From Klebsormidium nitens (taxonomy: Eukaryota; Plantae; Klebsormidiophyceae): 64,000 bases of DNA. The position numbers and the translations under genes are program-made. The first letter of the stretch is position 1. Every line of letters starts with the position of its first letter. Below the pieces are notes generated by a model. That model saw only the letters and a list, made by a program, of their open reading frames with translations. It was not told the origin of the DNA and made no database searches. The stretch is from positions 62,001-126,000 of the forward strand of contig DF238762.1 of NCBI GenBank assembly GCA_000708835.1. Direction: 5' to 3'. Shown one piece after another: positions 62,495 to 64,000 of this stretch.

Positions 62495-62623
62495 ATGTCC
62501 AACACTGGAACCACTGGAAGGATTCCCCTGTGGCTGGTTGGCACAGTGGCTGGCCTAGCCGTCATTACCCTGGTAGGGGTGTTTTTTTATGGGGCCTATT
62601 CTGGTTTAGGATCATCCCTCTAA
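62495..62623 (+). CDS. psbJ: PSII protein J
   Basis: [15 protein letters not shown]...[13 protein letters not shown]. Confidence 0.97.
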   Translation: MSNTGTTGRIPLWLVGTVAGLAVITLVGVFFYGAYSGLGSSL

Positions 62624-62755
62624 AACCTTAGGTCTCAAAAAAAAAGCTTCGAACCAATTGAAGGTCATAAGCCTTTTTACTAGCCTGGCAACTCAACTTT
62701 TAGAAAAAGTTGCCAGCGTTAGACGCTCACACTTTTTTTTTCATCTTTTACAAAT

Positions 62756-62983
62756 ATGAAGAAAAATATGAAGAAAGATAAAGAGTATTATATTTGGCTA
62801 TATAATATAACTGAGTTCTGGGAGCTTAGGAAGATTGAAAATGATTGGACTTTAAAGTCTACCGCTAAACAGGCGCATAAAGATTATATGATGAGTCTAC
62901 TGGCAGGGAAGGACGCTACGGCAAATTGTTTTGCTACTCTCTTAGTCATTTGTACAATCGATAGAATCAATACTTTAGAATAA
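62756..62983 (+). CDS. Hypothetical ORF75
   Basis: ATG-initiated, protein-like composition, no recognised homology. Confidence 0.3.
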   Translation: MKKNMKKDKEYYIWLYNITEFWELRKIENDWTLKSTAKQAHKDYMMSLLAGKDATANCFATLLVICTIDRINTLE

Positions 62984-63078
62984 GCTTATAACAACTTTGT
63001 GTACTATCCCCTAAGAAATATTGCTTTTGTCATGTTTTTTATTGCCACAAACTTTAACAAAAAAACTAACTTTAAGTA

Positions 63079-63621
63079 ATGACTAGGCAAAAAGACGTTC
63101 ATCATTCTCTTTCAGAAGAAGAATTTGTTTTAAACAAGGAGTTAACTGGTGAAATTCCTTTACCAAGCTCTATAAATATAAATGAGCAAAAGTTCAAAAA
63201 TGAGAAGACTTGGTTCAGTAAGTTTATTTTTGTTTTTAAAGGATTAATCTTCAGCGGATTTTTTCTTTTACTGAGCGGAGGGTATATATTGTTTTGTTTT
63301 AGGCTGACTACTCGACAAAATTACGCCACCACATTTTATTCCAGGGTGGCCAGTCTCACTTCATCTTGTCATTTAAGTAATGCAATGCCAACGACTATTG
63401 CATTAGCTACGCCTAGTTCTGTTTCGAAGTCTGTTTCTGTTAATGCACAGACAACAATTCGCTCCGATCCTTCAAAAACTAGCTCTAGCTCTTTACATCG
63501 TAGTAAATCTTATAATATTCCAAAAAATATTCTTTCTATAGAACCACCGCCCGTTCACGCACGATATATACTTGTATTAAAAAAATGGACTCTAGTCCAT
63601 CTTATTGTCGAGCAGTGCTAA
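63079..63621 (+). CDS. Hypothetical ORF180 with one hydrophobic segment and a Ser-rich tract
   Basis: ATG-initiated 180-aa ORF, no recognised homology. Confidence 0.3.
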   Translation: MTRQKDVHHSLSEEEFVLNKELTGEIPLPSSININEQKFKNEKTWFSKFIFVFKGLIFSGFFLLLSGGYILFCFRLTTRQNYATTFYSRVASLTSSCHLSNAMPTTIALATPSSVSKSVSVNAQTTIRSDPSKTSSSSLHRSKSYNIPKNILSIEPPPVHARYILVLKKWTLVHLIVEQC

Positions 63622-64000
63622 AGAACGCAGATTGTGGGGCTAGGAGTAGGATTGAAATAACCAAACAAGATAAAAAAAAGAAAAAACACAGGCATTCTAA
63701 AGGTCGGAAAGGATCTTTTTGGCGTCCTCTGAAGAAAAAACTTCAAATCCGTAGAAGAAAGAGTGGTAAAAGAGCCCTAATTGGGATAACAGCTTCTACC
63801 CGAGATTATTCTCAAGAAAAAGATCTCTGCGAGGGGGAGGGCTTTAATCCAAGAATCATAGTATCTTCTCATAGTGAAATTGCCTTGATCGGGATGGCCT
63901 ATTCGCTCTATTGCCAATCCTGTATGCAATTGCCGTATGCTATTCCTTTTTTGCCGCAAATTCTCCCTATCATCGTAAAAACTGCGATTGCAAATTTTTC

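Overview
This is a 64 kb segment of a chloroplast genome (large single-copy type region, no rRNA) from a streptophyte green alga. The gene content (ndhB, chlB/chlI, rpl19, rps9, psaM, ycf66, algal-type ftsH/ycf2, a collapsed rpl2-rps9 cluster, trans-spliced rps12 and psbA) best fits Klebsormidiophyceae, which is an inference. It carries photosystem, cytochrome b6f, ATP synthase, rbcL, RNA polymerase and ribosomal protein genes, 21 tRNA genes and a probable SRP RNA (ffs). The most striking signal is 11 ORF-less group II introns, identified by hand from domain V/VI motifs and EBS1-IBS1 pairings. petB carries a double twintron: one internal intron splits the outer 5' boundary (GTGC|G) and the other splits the outer EBS1 hairpin. 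One intron lies between the Shine-Dalgarno and AUG of psbZ, and one lies in the T-stem of trnM(CAU), leaving a 9-nt 3' exon. Further introns occur in rpl36, clpP and cemA (two, flanking a 33-nt micro-exon), plus the trans-spliced halves in rps12 and psbA. Several have non-canonical U...GC boundaries or lack the branch-point A. Also notable are a possible T12 frameshift fusing an upstream ORF to ftsH/ycf2 and an RpoA lacking its C-terminal domain. All structures were folded by eye, and novelty against the literature could not be checked.
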